Positions 12,394 to 25,954 of a stretch of 64,000 bases of DNA are shown here, piece by piece. The DNA lies in contig JBHGNT010000016.1 in NCBI GenBank assembly GCA_043228905.1, positions 11,656,001-11,720,000 on the forward strand, in the 5' to 3' direction. How positions within the stretch are numbered: the first letter of the stretch is position 1; each line of letters begins with the position of its first letter. A program made the position numbers and the translations under genes. The stretch is from Azolla caroliniana. Lineage: Eukaryota; Plantae; Polypodiophyta. The notes under the pieces are model-generated. The model searched no databases. It worked only from the letters and a program-made list of their open reading frames with translations, and was not told the DNA's origin.

Positions 12394-14205
12394 GGGATGA
12401 AAGAAAAGAGGAATAAAAGATTAATAGGAAATGAGAGAGACAGAAGGTAGGGAAAATTGGTTCAAACTGTCATGAACAGTACTGAGACAGAGAAGGAATT
12501 AGTACTAAACGAAGAATTACTACTATGAGAGGTGTGGAACTTCTTCGAGAGAAGGAAGAAGTGAGCGAGACAGAGAGAAAGAGAGAGATTGAGAGAGAGA
12601 GAGAGAGAGTGATGATAAGAAAGATATGTATTATATGAAGAGAATATACAATGGTGGCTAAAAAGCTTAAGACTGGCGTTGAACCAATTTGGTTCAACAT
12701 AATGCCTAGTGCCCTCTTTTATAGTGTTTTCAGGAGTAATCCTGAAGCTTCTTGAATGTTCCAGAGAAATCTGGAATATACACTAATTTCCTATAATAAA
12801 ATGTAAATGAAAATAATATCCTACGTATTACAATAGATGATCTAATGGTCAAGAACTCGACCCATATAACCTAAGGTCATGGGTTCGAGTCTTGCCATAT
12901 CATGATAGGCATCGCCTTCCAGTCCACAGTCTTGTATTTTGTATCTATGCATGCCGTCCGATCTGTCCTGACCCTTTCCCCGAAGTCGGCATTGACTTCG
13001 TACATCCCACCGAGTTGACCGGAATCACTCGGTCTTCATTGAGGCCTTCGTCGCTCACCTTTCCCATTTCCCCCAAGGTGTCGTCGAAATAGACCACCTC
13101 CACGGCGTTGCTAATTTCTTCGTCGGGGCGGAGGACTCCGCACTCTCTGAAACGTTCCTCAGCCCTCTTCTTCTCCTAGCCACCGACGCCGGCTATCGTA
13201 CAACCTCCGTTGTCGAAGACCCAAAACTTCCTACCTATAGCACACTTGTGGGGTTCTGCCAGAGTGTACGGACTATCACGGCCCCATGCCTTGATAGTAC
13301 TCTCTAAAAATCCCCTCAGCTGTCAACGCCGAGGGTCTCGCGGTTACGCTCATGGTTCGGTTGCACTGTCAGAAATTGGACGAAGTGTCGCCCATCTTGG
13401 CTTTTCATGCGTGCGTACACCGAACCATTATCCAAAACCTTTGTCTCCATGCGTGCCGCCGTTGTCGTAGTGTATTCCACACACAACGTGAAAACCATAA
13501 AATAATATATCCGATTTTAGATACATATAAATAAATAAATAATATATCAAAATATTTATTACATGCATAGGGCAGGATTCAAACCCTGCACTTCCACGTA
13601 GATAAACCTCAACTTTACCATTGTAACAACTTATCTTTAGTGTTATACGTATAGATTTAATACGTATAAGACCTTTATTTACACATACCTTTATAAAAAG
13701 GTAAAAATCATGTATTCTTTAGGGTGTGAATATTTTATTTACACGTGACATTAAAAGTGACTCATGCACATCTAGAGTGCATGAGCCCTATACTTAGGAA
13801 ATGACAAAGCATCACATGCACATTTAGTGTGCATGGACACTTTTGGTGAAAAAGCATGAAGCCATGCTTAGCCTCTTCCATCTTTATATAAGGAGGAGAG
13901 AAATACGTATAAGGTTGTTGATTAATATACAAGGATTGATCAATCTAATATATTCGTGGGATTCATGAATTTTGCCATCTAAATTACTCTTATAATCTAA
14001 ATATTGTTTTAAAGACACTAAACTCGTGGGATTCACGAGATTGCTATCTTACTTCTATTTCTACTATTCATAACTAGCCTTAAGTTGTATTCCTTTTCCT
14101 CCTAGTCCAAAACCTCGGCGGTTCCCACCCGACTCACGCAACGATCCGGAGCCGAAAGACACGACATAGTTGGTGAACCCGACGTGAAAACCGGGTGGCA
14201 AGGAG

Positions 14206-16149
14206 ATGGAAAATCAACCGGAGGCTAGCAACATGATGATGATGTTCGAGCGCATGCTACAAGAACAACGTGCGATGTCGGAGATAGCGGCATCAGTGGA
14301 GCGGCTCGTGCAACGAAACGGGCAATTCAACGGGAAAGACGTGTCGCGGTATCTTCGGGACTACAAGGCGGAGATGCTACGGTGCGGAATATCGGAAGGA
14401 CTGCAAGTGACGTCCTTCAACCGGGAGGCGTTTGAAGAAGAGCTAAAGAGGACGTTCCCCATCGAGGATTCCTCCAAGGCGACGCGAAGGGGATTTGAAG
14501 ATTGGGTGGAGACGCTGAACAAGGGATTGAAGGTCGTTGATGTGTTTTCGGCATTCGAAAGCCGGTTCGGGAGGTTGTCCGCGAGTGATCAAGCTATCCT
14601 CGTACCGGACAAGGTGATCATGTTCTTGCGAGCCATGGACGTCCGGGACCGGAAAGATCTCGAAGTGCTCTTGGAGGACACGACCACAGAGAGTGGCCTC
14701 ACCAAAACATGGGAAAGTGTGCGGGATATCGTCACGCGATACATGAAGAGGGGGCAATGGCTTGCCAACGAGGAAAAGAGGGTTTCGGAACCGATTCCAA
14801 AACCGAGAACCGGATTGGAAGACCATCAACCGAGGGCTCGGGAGACTACAACCGAGAAGGGGATTGATGCATCTACGATGGAGCAACTATTGAAGGAGAT
14901 GGAGAATCTGAAGATCGCGATGGTGAAGAAGTCGGATGATCGCCCCACAAGCTCCGAGTATACGGACCGACGGTGCATATTGTCCGATAGCGCCGAACAC
15001 GATCGGAGGGATTGCGACGAGCATAAGGAGGCACTATGGCGGGATCTCATCTACTACGAGGGAAACCGGATTCATTCGATGGACTCTTGGAAGCCACTCC
15101 GACCGAACTTCTGGAAAGGCGGCATAAAGAAGGTGCTCGAGGAGGAATTGGCGGCAAGAAGCAACTATGCGACAACCGTGGGAATATGTGTCGGGGAGTC
15201 ATCGAGAGCAAAGATGTCTTTTTGGCCGGAAGTTCTAGAAAGCACCGAGAAAACCGACTCCAACGAGATCCGAAGCACCGCGGAAGGCGTCCGGGAAGCT
15301 ACGGGATGGGAGTGCCCTGTCGACAAGAATAGCGTATATGCCATGTGTCAATTGCATAAGGTGTATGTGGACGAGAAATGACGATGCACGGAGGATGCGG
15401 GCGGGCCATCGAAGATACCGGAAAGCTGGAACTCCGGAGGTAAGGGAAAGAGTGGATAAACCGACTTGAAAAGAGTGTTCGAGGAAAGAATCTTGGATAG
15501 CCGGGTAGATTTCTCGCTTCGGGAGCTACTCGGAATAGCAAAGAAGGAGTTCCACGATCTTCTCGTGGATCTCGTGAAGCGAAAAAGACAAAGTACGAAG
15601 GAAAATGCTCCAAGGGTGAATGCGAACACTGTTTTAATGAACGACACCGAAGTGGAGGACGAAATTCCGAACTCCCACTATACAAGGCCACATTGGGCAC
15701 GCGCGACTACGGAGACTCCGGTCCGAATCGGCAACATCAAAGAACCCGTGCTAGCATTGATTGATCACGGATTGGAGATCAACTTGATGTCCAAGGAGTT
15801 CTACCGGAAGGGGAAGTGGCCTATTAACACCAACCATGGATGGAAGATTCGGGCGGCCACCAAAGCAACGGAAGATCTATTTGCGGCTTGTCCGGATGTG
15901 ACGGTGAAGATCGGGGATGTCGAGATCGACCAAAATTACTTCGTGCAAGATGAGGTTTCACATTCCGTCATCCTCGGCCAACCCTTTATCACGGCATCAC
16001 GGATGGAGACGAAGGTGCTCGATAGCGGTGCGGCTTTTGCGCGAGTTCGGAGCCAAAACGGTGGGAAATCCGTCCAATTCCTAACGGTGCCGGTAAATCA
16101 CGAAAGGAACAAGAGGGAACTCTTGTCCCAAGTGAGAATGGATTTTTAA
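14206..16149 (+). pseudogene. Element F gag-protease ORF (one internal stop at 15381)
   Basis: GQFNGKDVSRYL; degenerate knuckle CILSDSAEHDRRDC; ALIDHGLEINLM; VILGQPF. Ends ATG GAT TTT TAA. Confidence 0.9.
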
Positions 16150-19100
16150 AGCGGACTGTTGCAGAGTGGGGAAGTGATAGTCCAAGAAGCCCTGATACCC
16201 CACACAGGAAGAAAACTCTCGGAGCAAAACATGTACGAATCGGTCCAGATGGGGCATCTACGTACACGACCGTAACCGGAGGATTGAAGAAAGGATACCG
16301 ACAAGTGGAGGATAAGTTGCGGTCGGCATCAATAATAAAAGAAGATGAAGAAATCATGGGGATAGTCGAAGAAGTGTTCTATGGGAGCACGCTACAACGA
16401 CTTGAAGAGCTTGCGGAAGATAAAAGCCAAGGGAACCGGGTAGTCCCGGTGGAATCGGTCGAGATGTACGAGATCATTGCGAAAATGGAGGCGGATACGC
16501 TCCGCAAAGAAGAAGCAATGGTAAGTACGAAATACAAGACCGTGGAGAAGAAGGTGAAACCGGCCGCGGGGCCACTACCCGCCAATAGCGAACAAAAGAG
16601 GAAAGAAGTCTCGGGAGATCCGACACTTCGGAAGTCCGTGGATATCGGACATGCCTTCACGGATGAGACCCGGAAGAAACTTCGGATCGGTGGAGGTGGG
16701 TTCCTATTACAAAAAGAAGAAGAACGGTTTCGCGAGATGTTGGAGCAACACGGCAAAGCATTTGCATTTACATCAAGGGAGATAGGGTACGTCGATCCGA
16801 GAATAGTGGAGCCGATGGTGATCTTCACGATTGACCATGTACCGTGGAACTTGAAGCCGATTCCGGTGCCACGAGCGCATATTCCGAAAGTCATTGACTT
16901 GCTCAAGGAGAAGGTGGCGATGGGGATTCTAGAGCCATCAACTACTCCGTACTCAAATCGATGGTTTACGGTTCCGAAGAAGAATGGGTCACTCCGATTT
17001 ATCCATGACTTGCAACCGGTGAATAAGGTCACGATCCGGAACTCGGGAGTCGGTCCGATAGTGGACGAATTTGCGGAAGCTTTTGCCGGTCGTGCGATAT
17101 ACTCCATCGGAGACCTATACTGGGGGTATGACCAATTCCAACTAGCCGTGGAGAGCCGAGACATCACAACCATGCGGACACCGATAGGATTAGTCCGAAT
17201 GTGTAAACTACCACAAGGAGCGACAAACTCGGTTGCTCATATGATGAACGCGATGAACAAGGTGCTTCGAGACTGCATTCCGGAGATAACGATGCCCTTC
17301 CTCGATGACATTCCGATGAAAGGATGTGCGGTAGAAGAAAAGATGAGACTATGGATGATCGGGGATGCCGAAAGTTCGTGGTCGACCATATTCATGATTG
17401 CGAGAAAGTGTTGCAAAAGCTAGAAGATGTGCACCTAACACTTTCCGGGGAGAAATCGGCATTCGGGCAAGAAGAAATATTGGTGGTCGGACATCTATGT
17501 GGGCCCTACGGCCGAAGACCGTCACCAACAAAGATCGATGCGATTCAAGTTGAGGAAGTATGCGAGTCAACATCCGAAGTCCGAAGGTTTATCAGTGCAT
17601 GTGCATTCTATCACATATGGATTCCGCACTATGCACATATAGCGGACCCGCTCTACCACTTGTTGTGGAAAGGTAAGAAATTCGAATGGAAACCGGAACA
17701 CACCAAAGCCATGAACAAATTGAAGAAGACACTTCGGAGGGCGGAAGCACTTAAGAAGCCGAGCTACGACCGACCGATCATAGTAACGGTTGATACAAGT
17801 CCAACCGGTATCGGGTGGGTCGTCAATCAAGCCGACTCGGATGGTTCGCGGTATCCGATCCGATTCGGAGCAAAGGTTCTCAACGAAAGGCAACGTGGAT
17901 ATGCACAAGTCAAAAGAGAACTGTGGGGAGTTGTGTCGGCGATAAAATCGGATCGGAATTATTTGATCGGAGCCGAAGTGGTGATCGAGAAGGATTGTCT
18001 TCCGATACTCGGGATGATGCAATGTTGTACGATACCGGATGTAGCTATGCTAAGGTGGGTTGCATATGCCAAGTCGCTTAATCCGGAGGTTCGACACATC
18101 TCGGGGAAGGACAACGCGGTAGCGGATATGTTATCAAGGGCTCGGTTCGGAGACGACATAACCGAATCGGATAATGAAGAAGTTTCCGAAGACTACTTCG
18201 CGTCGGAGCACATATGCCGAGTGAACGTAATCCGAGAATTCCGGGAAGAAGAATACGAGGGAGAAAGTTTGATGATCGGAAAGATGTTACAAGAGGCCGA
18301 GGACTCAACAAACGATAAAGGAAGAAGAGCCGAGATCCGAAGGAAGAAGAGGCAAGTCCAAAAGTTCTTCTTGGAAAACGGATTAATATGGAGGGCGCCG
18401 AAAAGACCGGATGGTATACCACTTCGAGTAGTCGGGACAAAAGAGCAACGAAACCGGATAATGTCCGAGTTTCACGAATCTGATTGGGCTGGACACTGAG
18501 GAACATGGGCAACATTTGTGAAGATCAAGCAAAAATATTGGTGGAAGAAAATGTACAAAGATGTCGCGGAGTTCACGGAAAGCTGCGAGAAATGTCAAGT
18601 CTACTCCGGGGTTCGACATCGAGATGAGTTACATCCGACATTCTCACCGACAATCAACTTCAAGTGGATGGTCGACATAGTGGCCATGCCGACCGGGATC
18701 GGACAAAAGAAATACTTGGTATTAGCTCGGGAAGATCTCACGAATCAAGTAGAAGGTCGAGTGCTTCAGAGGAAAACGTGTTCCGCGGTATGCCAATTTC
18801 TTTTGGGGGAAGTATTTTGCAGGTACGGGTGCGTAGGACAAGTGATTGCGGACCGGGGAGAACTCGACTCGGACAAAGCTAGGGGATTCTTCGCCAACAC
18901 AGAGTTCGGTTATCGCTGACAACGACATACAATCCGGAGGCCAACGGGAAAATCGAATGAGGACATAGTCCGATCGTGAAAGCACTTGCGAAGGCATGCG
19001 ATGGAAAGGTGAAGGACTGGCCGCAGATGCTTCCGTATGCACTATGGGCGGATCGGACGACGCATAGCTCCGTAACCGGTTACATGCCGGCAGAACTCAT

Positions 19101-19730
19101 GACCGGACAAGCATCGGTAATGCCGACGGAAACCGCGATCGGAACATGGACAGTGCTACTGTGGAAGGAAGAGATGAGCCGGGAAGAACTACTAGCGGTC
19201 CGGATACGACAACTAGAGGGAAGACTGACAGACATAGCGGAAGCAATACGCCGACAACAAGAAGCACGGTTCCGGAACAAAAGCCGGTTCGACACAAAGC
19301 ACCGACTACGACCGAGGAGGATTGAAGAAGGAGATTGGGTGATCGTCTATGATAGTAGTTTGGACCATCAACATACAATGATGCAGAAATTCCCGAAAAG
19401 GTGGTTCAGGCCATACGAGGTTCGGAAAGTCTTCGACAACGGAACGTACCGACTGTCCGAGTTGGATGGAACAATACTATGATTGCCTATAGCCGGGAAG
19501 CGGGTGAAGATTTTCAAGAAGCGGACCGACGACAAACCCTATGTGATCCAAGACAAGGCCGACAACGAGGGGCAATCGGACGAAGACCACGGTGATGCGG
19601 GAAACGAAGAAAGTGAATTACAACTCATAATCGACATTAGGGGAGAATCGAACGAAGCTTTGGGTGAAGACGGATATGAGGAATCGAGAACTTCGGCACA
19701 TACCGGAGGATGTGCGGGTTCGGAGGGGGC
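16140..19730 (+). pseudogene. Element F RT-RNase H-integrase in the -1 frame, disrupted
   Basis: KYKTVEKKVKP; FTVPKKNGSLRFIHDL; PFLDDI; VDTSPTGIGW; CEKCQ; FKWMVDIV; IADRGE; KRWFRPY. Several stops and frameshifts. Confidence 0.92.
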
Positions 19731-20551
19731 GAGTGTCGTAGTGTATTCCACACACTACGTGAAAACCATAAAATAATATATCCGATTTTAGATACATATA
19801 AATAAATAAATAATATATCAAAATATTTATTACATGCATAGGGCAGGATTCAAACCCTGCACTTCCACGTAGATAAACCTCAACTTTACCATTGTAACAA
19901 CTTATCTTTAGTGTTATACGTATAGATTTAATACGTATAAGACCTTTATTTACACATACCTTTATAAAAAGGTAAAAATCATGTATTCTTTAGGGTGTGA
20001 ATATTTTATTTACACGTGACATTAAAAGTGACTCATGCACATCTAGAGTGCATGAGCCCTATACTTAGGAAATGACAAAGCATCACATGCACATTTAGTG
20101 TGCATGGACACTTTTGGTGAAAAAGCATGAAGCCATGCTTAGCCTCTTCCATCTTTATATAAGGAGGAGAGAAATACGTATAAGGTTGTTGATTAATATA
20201 CAAGGATTGATCAATCTAATATATTCGTGGGATTCATGAATTTTGCCATCTAAATTACTCTTATAATCTAAATATTGTTTTAAAGACACTAAACTCGTGG
20301 GATTCACGAGATTGCTATCTTACTTCTCTTTCTACTATTCATAACTAGCCTTAAGTTGTATTCCTTTTCCTCCTAGTCCAAAACCTCGGCGGTTCCCACC
20401 CGACTCACGCAACGATCCGGAGCCGAAAGGCATGACACCGTAATGTACGGTTCGCCGAGTATCACCGGGTGCGAGGATGTCTCCTACACGAAGAAGTGTT
20501 GATCAATCTCGACATTGCCGATTTTCACACGTACATTCGGGCAGGCCCCGT

Positions 20552-21303
20552 TGTCGTGAAGAATTTCGGTTAGAGGCGGAAACCGGGAAACATTGGCTAC
20601 ATCGGCGGGGTGCAGTGTGTGTACGCACCCGTGTACATTTAGTGTGAATATCGAGGGCGCCTTTATGGCGCCGAAGAGTAGTCAAGTCGGGACAGATGAT
20701 CCCATGTAAGTCGGGATTTGTCCCACATTGTAACGCATCCCTTTCCTTGTTCTATAAAAGGAAAGGAACGCCCTTTGTGTAAGGGTTGCCCATTTTGCAT
20801 TAGAGGGTATACCGTTAGGTTTAGGGTTAGTTTCTTCTTCTTCTTCTTCTTCTCCCCCTTCGTGTTCTGCTTAGGGTTTGCTTTGGCGGCCTCCTGTGCA
20901 AGACCCCGCTCGGCGCAACGAGCTGAGAGCTCCCCAATGGCGGCTTGGCAGCAGACGACTACTGTAACCTACCTCAGTCCGGCTCAAAGCCGGGAATGTA
21001 TTCTTTTTTATATATATATACATTTGCATCTGTCTGTGTAAATTCATGTCATTGTTGGCGTCGGGTGCTTCCCCTTTCCTGCATTTCCTGTACATAAGGG
21101 TGTGTGTGCGTGTGTGTGCGTGTGTGTGCATGAGTCGGTGTTAATCTCTCTCTCTCTCTCTCTCTCTCTCCCTTCGGTTGCTTCCGGTGTGCTTCTGGGA
21201 TGCCCCAGAAACAGTGAAGCACAACTTCCCACGCTCCGTCACTCCCTAGTCCAAGACCCCCCTGGTCCCGCCTTTCTCCACGCACGAGCGTAATAACGCG
21301 ACA
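20552..21303 (+). mobile_element. Solo LTR of the gag-only element's family
   Basis: TGTCGTG...CGCGACA, reverse-complement homolog of LTRs 22712-23468 and 27434-28194. TSD CCGT on both sides. Host frame EELHGACP is restored on removal. Confidence 0.93.
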
Positions 21304-24300
21304 CCGTGCAGCTCCTCCGTGGCGCGTGTTGCCACGCATATCTTCCACCTATGCTTGGTGTTGATCGGCCACTTCACTTTCTTATAGAAGTCCATAGACA
21401 TCAGGTTGATCTCCAACCCGTGGTCGATCAGCGCCAATACCGGCTCCTAGACGTCCGTAGTAGCCCTTGCCCAGTGCAATCTCGAATAGTGGCTCTCTGC
21501 CAACTCGTCTTCCAGGGCCACGTCCTCCAAGTGCGTCGTTCGCACCTCCATCGGCTTCTCCAACTCCGGTTCCGTCGAGAGCCGTTTACGCTTCACCAAG
21601 TCCACGATGGAATCGTGGAACTCCTTCTTGGCGATCCCAAGCAGCTTCCTCAGCGACGGCTCCACCTTGCTATCGAGAATCTGCTCCTCGACGACCTTCT
21701 GCAGGTCTGTCATCCTTTCGATTTCGGTGCCCAGGCGGTAACCGGTCGGCCTTGCTTTGTCTGCCATGCCGGGATTGTCGGCTTCATTCCTCTTCAGCCC
21801 GAACCGGCTCTCGTACTGATTCGGGGCCGTGGTCCCACTGGCCTTCCCTGCCCTCTTATCATCCACTAGAACTTCATAGTTCTAGCATGCGGCTTCCACA
21901 AAGCCGGTCTTCTCCTCTCTCAGGTCATCCCACCTTGTAACCTCTCAGATCCGCACGGTCCGCTTCTTCCTTCCTCAACCGTACGCCAGTGAGGCCTCCT
22001 ATCACCAATGGCCAAAATCCGGAGTCTTCCGTCTTTTGGCCTTCGTCGCTTCCAACCTGGATTCCGACCGACGCCAAATAGTGGACGGCCTTTGCATGGC
22101 ACGCCGCTGCTTCTTCCATCAACCTCTTCATTCCGCCGCACCCGAAGTTCGTCTCTAGGGATCTCCGAGTATCACCGGTGTGCACCCACCCATTTCATAG
22201 GTACACCACATTGCTTCTAAGTGCGTTAGCAAAATCCGTGCATTCTTTCCGGGCATGGCCGACCGCATCGCACCACATGCACCGCTGCCCAATCGGAGAC
22301 CTCTGGTTGCGAGACTATTCGCCACCGTCTCTCCGGGCTTGCGCGATGTAGAGATTGTGCACCATCTGCATCAGCTCTTCCAAATCCGCTCCTCCGGATG
22401 GACCCTTGACCACGCCGGTCGAGGTCGAGCCCATCTCAAGCCAATCCCGGGTTTCCTCCCTTCGTGTCGGTGAAGGCTCATCGTACTTCCTTGCCGGGAC
22501 AGGTCTAGCTGCCGACGATCCCTCGTCGCTCCACTCACGCCGTTTTGCCCAGTGTTGCCACCCAAGGGAATACAGCCAGCCGCCCATCTTTCGGAATGTC
22601 CCACATCACCATCTCGGCTCAGTAGGACTCCAAATAGCTCGTGGTGTTCTTCCCACCGAACCGGCCTATTGTGCCGACAATTGCTTCAATGGCCCTATCG
22701 AGGGCGCCCGTTGTCGCGTTGTTACGCGCGTGCGTGGAGAAAGGCGGGACCACGGGGGTCTTGGACTAGGGAGTGACGGAGCGTAGGAAGTCACGCTTCA
22801 CTGTTTCCGTGGCATCCTAGAAGCACACCGGAAGCGACCAAAGGGAGAGAGAGAAAGAGAGGGAGTGCGCGCTTAACACCGACTCACGCACACACACACT
22901 GACCCGACTCACGCCCTTATGTACAGGAAACGCAGGAAACGGGAAGCACCCGACACCAACATAGACGCGAATATACACAGACAGACGCAAATGTATATAT
23001 ATATATAAGGAAGAATACATTCCCGGCTTCGAGCCGGACCGAGGTAGGTTACAGTAGTCGTCAGTTGCCAAGCCGCCGGTCGGGGAGCTCACGGGCTTGT
23101 CGCGCCGAGCGGGGTCTTGCGCAGGAGACGAGCTGAAGCAAACCCTAAGTGAACACGAAGGGGAAGAAGAAGATGAAGAAGAAGAATAACTAACCCTAAA
23201 TCTAACGGTATACCCTCTAACGCAAAATGGGCAACCCTTTCACAAAGGGCGTTCCCTTCCTTTTATAGAACAAGGACAGGGATGCGTTACAATGTGGGAT
23301 AAATCCCGACTTACATGGGACCGTCTATCCCGACTTGACTACTCTTCGGCGCCATAAAGGCGCCCTCGTTATTCACACTAAATGTACATGGGTGCGTACA
23401 CACGCTGCACCCTGCCGATGTAGCCAACGTTTCCCGGTTTCCGCCTCTGGCCGAAATTCTTCACGACATCCGCCCCCACCTAACCGCACATCCATCGGTA
23501 TGTGCCAAGTCCGGTGAAGGGTGAGAGATTTCGGCCGGTGAGAAACCAGTCTTCCGTGACCCACATCCCGGCTCGCTGCCGGTTTGATCCGTCGGATTCG
23601 ATTCTTCCTTCGCGCTTACCTCCCCGTAGGCTCGTTCGACCCGTCGATGGGTCCTCTGCCGCGATCTCCGTAGTACACGTACTTCCGTTGGCCCTTGTTC
23701 GGTCGTATGAACGCCCCGCTTCCCGCCGTATGCCCGATGTCCTCCGCTTGAGGCATGCCCGTAGTGGCCCGCTTGGCCTCCGTTGACCATCCGTGATGTC
23801 TTGATTGTCGTCCCATTTTGTTTCGCGCTGCCTTCGTCCCCTCGCCGCCACCTTCCTTCTCCATGGTCTTACATCGCCGCATCGGCTCGAACCGCCATGG
23901 TCTCTGGAATAGTGTGGAGGATCCCTCTCTGGCCTTCTACGCGCTACCTCTGAACCGCGCAACCTATCTCCGCACTCGCCTTTCCGTTCCAGCACCTCCA
24001 TGCGCCACATACCCTCGTCCGTTGTTTGGCACCGCCTGTGCCGTACTCCAGTTCATTACACACCTTGTCGGCCCCTTTCCCGGCCAGATCGTGCATCGCC
24101 GCTCACCCGCATACTAGTGTCCTTCGCATCCGAGGAACACCCCGTAGTAGCCCGCTTGTCCCTTCCCGTCTTCGTGCTGCTGCAACAGGTCCCAAATCTT
24201 CCGTTTGCCGTCGTCCCCTCGCCCCCACCAACTTGTCATCCCGGCTTGCCGTGTTAGTCTTCGCTACTTCGACGGAGTTACTGAGATCTACGAAGCGAGT

Positions 24301-24569
24301 GTGGAGGATCCTCCTCCGGCCTCTCTTGCCATCCCCTGACTCCGACCCTGTGCAGTTCGCTAGGCACTTGTCACCTCATTCCCGGCACCTCCCTTGTGCC
24401 GTCTTTCGCTTCCTTCGTTCGGCACCGCTCGTGCCGAACACTGTCTCGTAGTCACGCTTTGATCCGGCCCGCGATGGCCACTTGCGAGACTCTTGTTCTG
24501 TCCCAGGTGTGCCTTTCCGGCCTGACACACCTCCCCGTGTTTGCCCCAACCGGCTCCTTCCAAAACCTC

Positions 24570-25546
24570 GTGTCGTTGGGTCCCGTTCCCTGCCACCACC
24601 GTCCTTCTCCCTAGGTCTTACGTTGCCACGTTGGCCGAACTGCCGGAGTCTCCGGATCGGTGTGAGGGTCCCATAGGACCGGACTCCATTTCTATGCTTG
24701 CCGAAATTCGGGTATCTTTTGTTTGAGTCCCTCCCGGACTCTCCTTGTGTCTTCCGCGTAGTCGGGTCCCGTTTCCCACCGCCACCTTCCTTCTCCCTCG
24801 GTCTTACGTTGCCACGTTGGCCGAACAGCCGGAGTCTCCGGATCGGTGTGAGGGTCCCATAGGACCGGACTCCCCTCGTGTCTTCCGCGTCGTCGGGTCC
24901 CGTTTCCCGCCGCCACCTTCCTTCTCCCTCGGTCTTACGTTGCCACGTTGGCCGAACAACCGGGGTCTCCGGTTCGGTGTGGGGATCCCATAGGACCGGA
25001 CTTCCTTATGCCCACTGACCTTGCCGGAAGGTCCGATTTGGTTCGTGGCCGCCTCGCTGGCCTGATACCTCCTTGCCGTTCATCGCTTCCTGTCATCCGA
25101 TCACGTTCTCTTGCCGCCACCGACCTTTCCTGTAGGACTCACGCCGGCACTCGGGCCGACCGCCGGATCGGTGCGAGGATCTTCGTAGACCGCCCATCTG
25201 TAGCCCTTGCCTTCGTCCCCTCGCCGCCACCATCAGTATCTTGGTCTTACGTCGACCGCGTTGCCGACTGCCGAAGTCTCTAGAACCGGTGTGAAGGATC
25301 CTCCTTAGACCGCCCATCCGTAGCCCTTGCCTTCGTCACCTCGCCGCCACCGTCAGTATCTTGGTCTTACGTCGGCCGCATTGCTGACTACCGAAGTCTC
25401 TAGAACCGGTGTGAAGGATCATCCTTACACCGCCCATCCGTAGCCCTTGCCTTCGTCCCCTCGCCACCACCGTCAGTATCTTGGTCTTACGTTGACCGCA
25501 TTGCCGACTGCCGAAGTCTCTAGAACCGGTGTGAAGGATCCTCCTT
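24570..25546. repeat. Internal tandem repeats of the gag-only element
   Basis: Three ~120-130 bp units near 24570, 24750 and 24877, and three 120-bp units at 25188, 25308 and 25428. All share a GCCACC...GGTCTTACGT...CGGTGTG core. Confidence 0.9.
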
Positions 25547-25954
25547 GGGCGTCTGATTTGTCTTCTTGACCCTGTCCTGGGTCGTCCTTTTCCGCATGCC
25601 GAGAGGGCGGTTTACTCCGCACCCTCTCCCGTGGTACCAACGTACCGTCTCCTCGGCCTCTCCATAGGCTTGCTCTCTTCCTCCCTCCCGGAATGGTCAT
25701 CCGGGAGTCCGCTCCGCCCGGTTCTCGTTCGGGTCCGTTCGTCCTTCTCCGGATTGCCGGGTCCCATTCTCCTGTCGCCACCGATCTCTCCTATAGGACT
25801 CACGCCGGCTCTCGGGCCGACCGCCGGATCGGTGTAAGGAACTCCATAGGACCAGCTTTCATTCTCCTTCCAACTCTCGACCTTCGCCTGGTCAGTCTTT
25901 CTCCCCATGTAAAAGAGGGCGGCTCGTCCCGCACCCTCTTCTGTTTCGGCACTT

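Larger units (their letters stand above)
7219..12907 (-). mobile_element. Chromodomain Ty3/gypsy (chromovirus, Tcn1/sushi-like) copy 1: 5' LTR 12468-12907, 3' LTR 7219-7656
   Basis: LTRs TGTCATG...CATGACA (outer end mutated to CATGATA). TSD GGCAT at 7214-7218 and 12908-12912. PPT complement CTATCCCCCCTTT at 7657-7669. Confidence 0.96.
13463..20437 (+). mobile_element. Full-length tRNA-Trp-primed non-chromovirus Ty3/gypsy F (Phygy/Ylt1-like by inference): LTRs 13463-14166 and 19734-20437
   Basis: 704-bp LTRs TGTCGT...GACA with about 4 differences seen by eye. PBS TGGTGAACCCGACGTGA at 14171-14187. PPT GGAGGGGGCGAG at 19722-19733. 4-bp TSD CCGT. Confidence 0.96.

Noticed and set aside
14171-14187. 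tRNA genes at the Trp, Met and Arg matches (also 27413, 28291, 2322, 52641, 50295)
   Set aside because: Only the 3' 11-18 nt including CCA are present next to LTRs, so these are primer-binding sites and not genes.
13463-20437. F inserted already dead and mobilised in trans (near-identical LTRs but many internal lesions)
   Set aside because: Its LTRs are AT-rich while the interior is CpG-rich, and several stops look like CGA-to-TGA changes. Methyl-C decay could explain the contrast, so this cannot be decided without sister copies.
20818-20880. Interstitial telomere (TTAGGG-like motifs)
   Set aside because: Only 2-3 isolated motifs within an LTR, with no tandem array.
20552-23468. Large inverted repeat suggesting a TIR/foldback or DIRS element
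   Set aside because: These are two independent LTR insertions in opposite orientation, each with its own TSD, and the DNA between them is host W gag.
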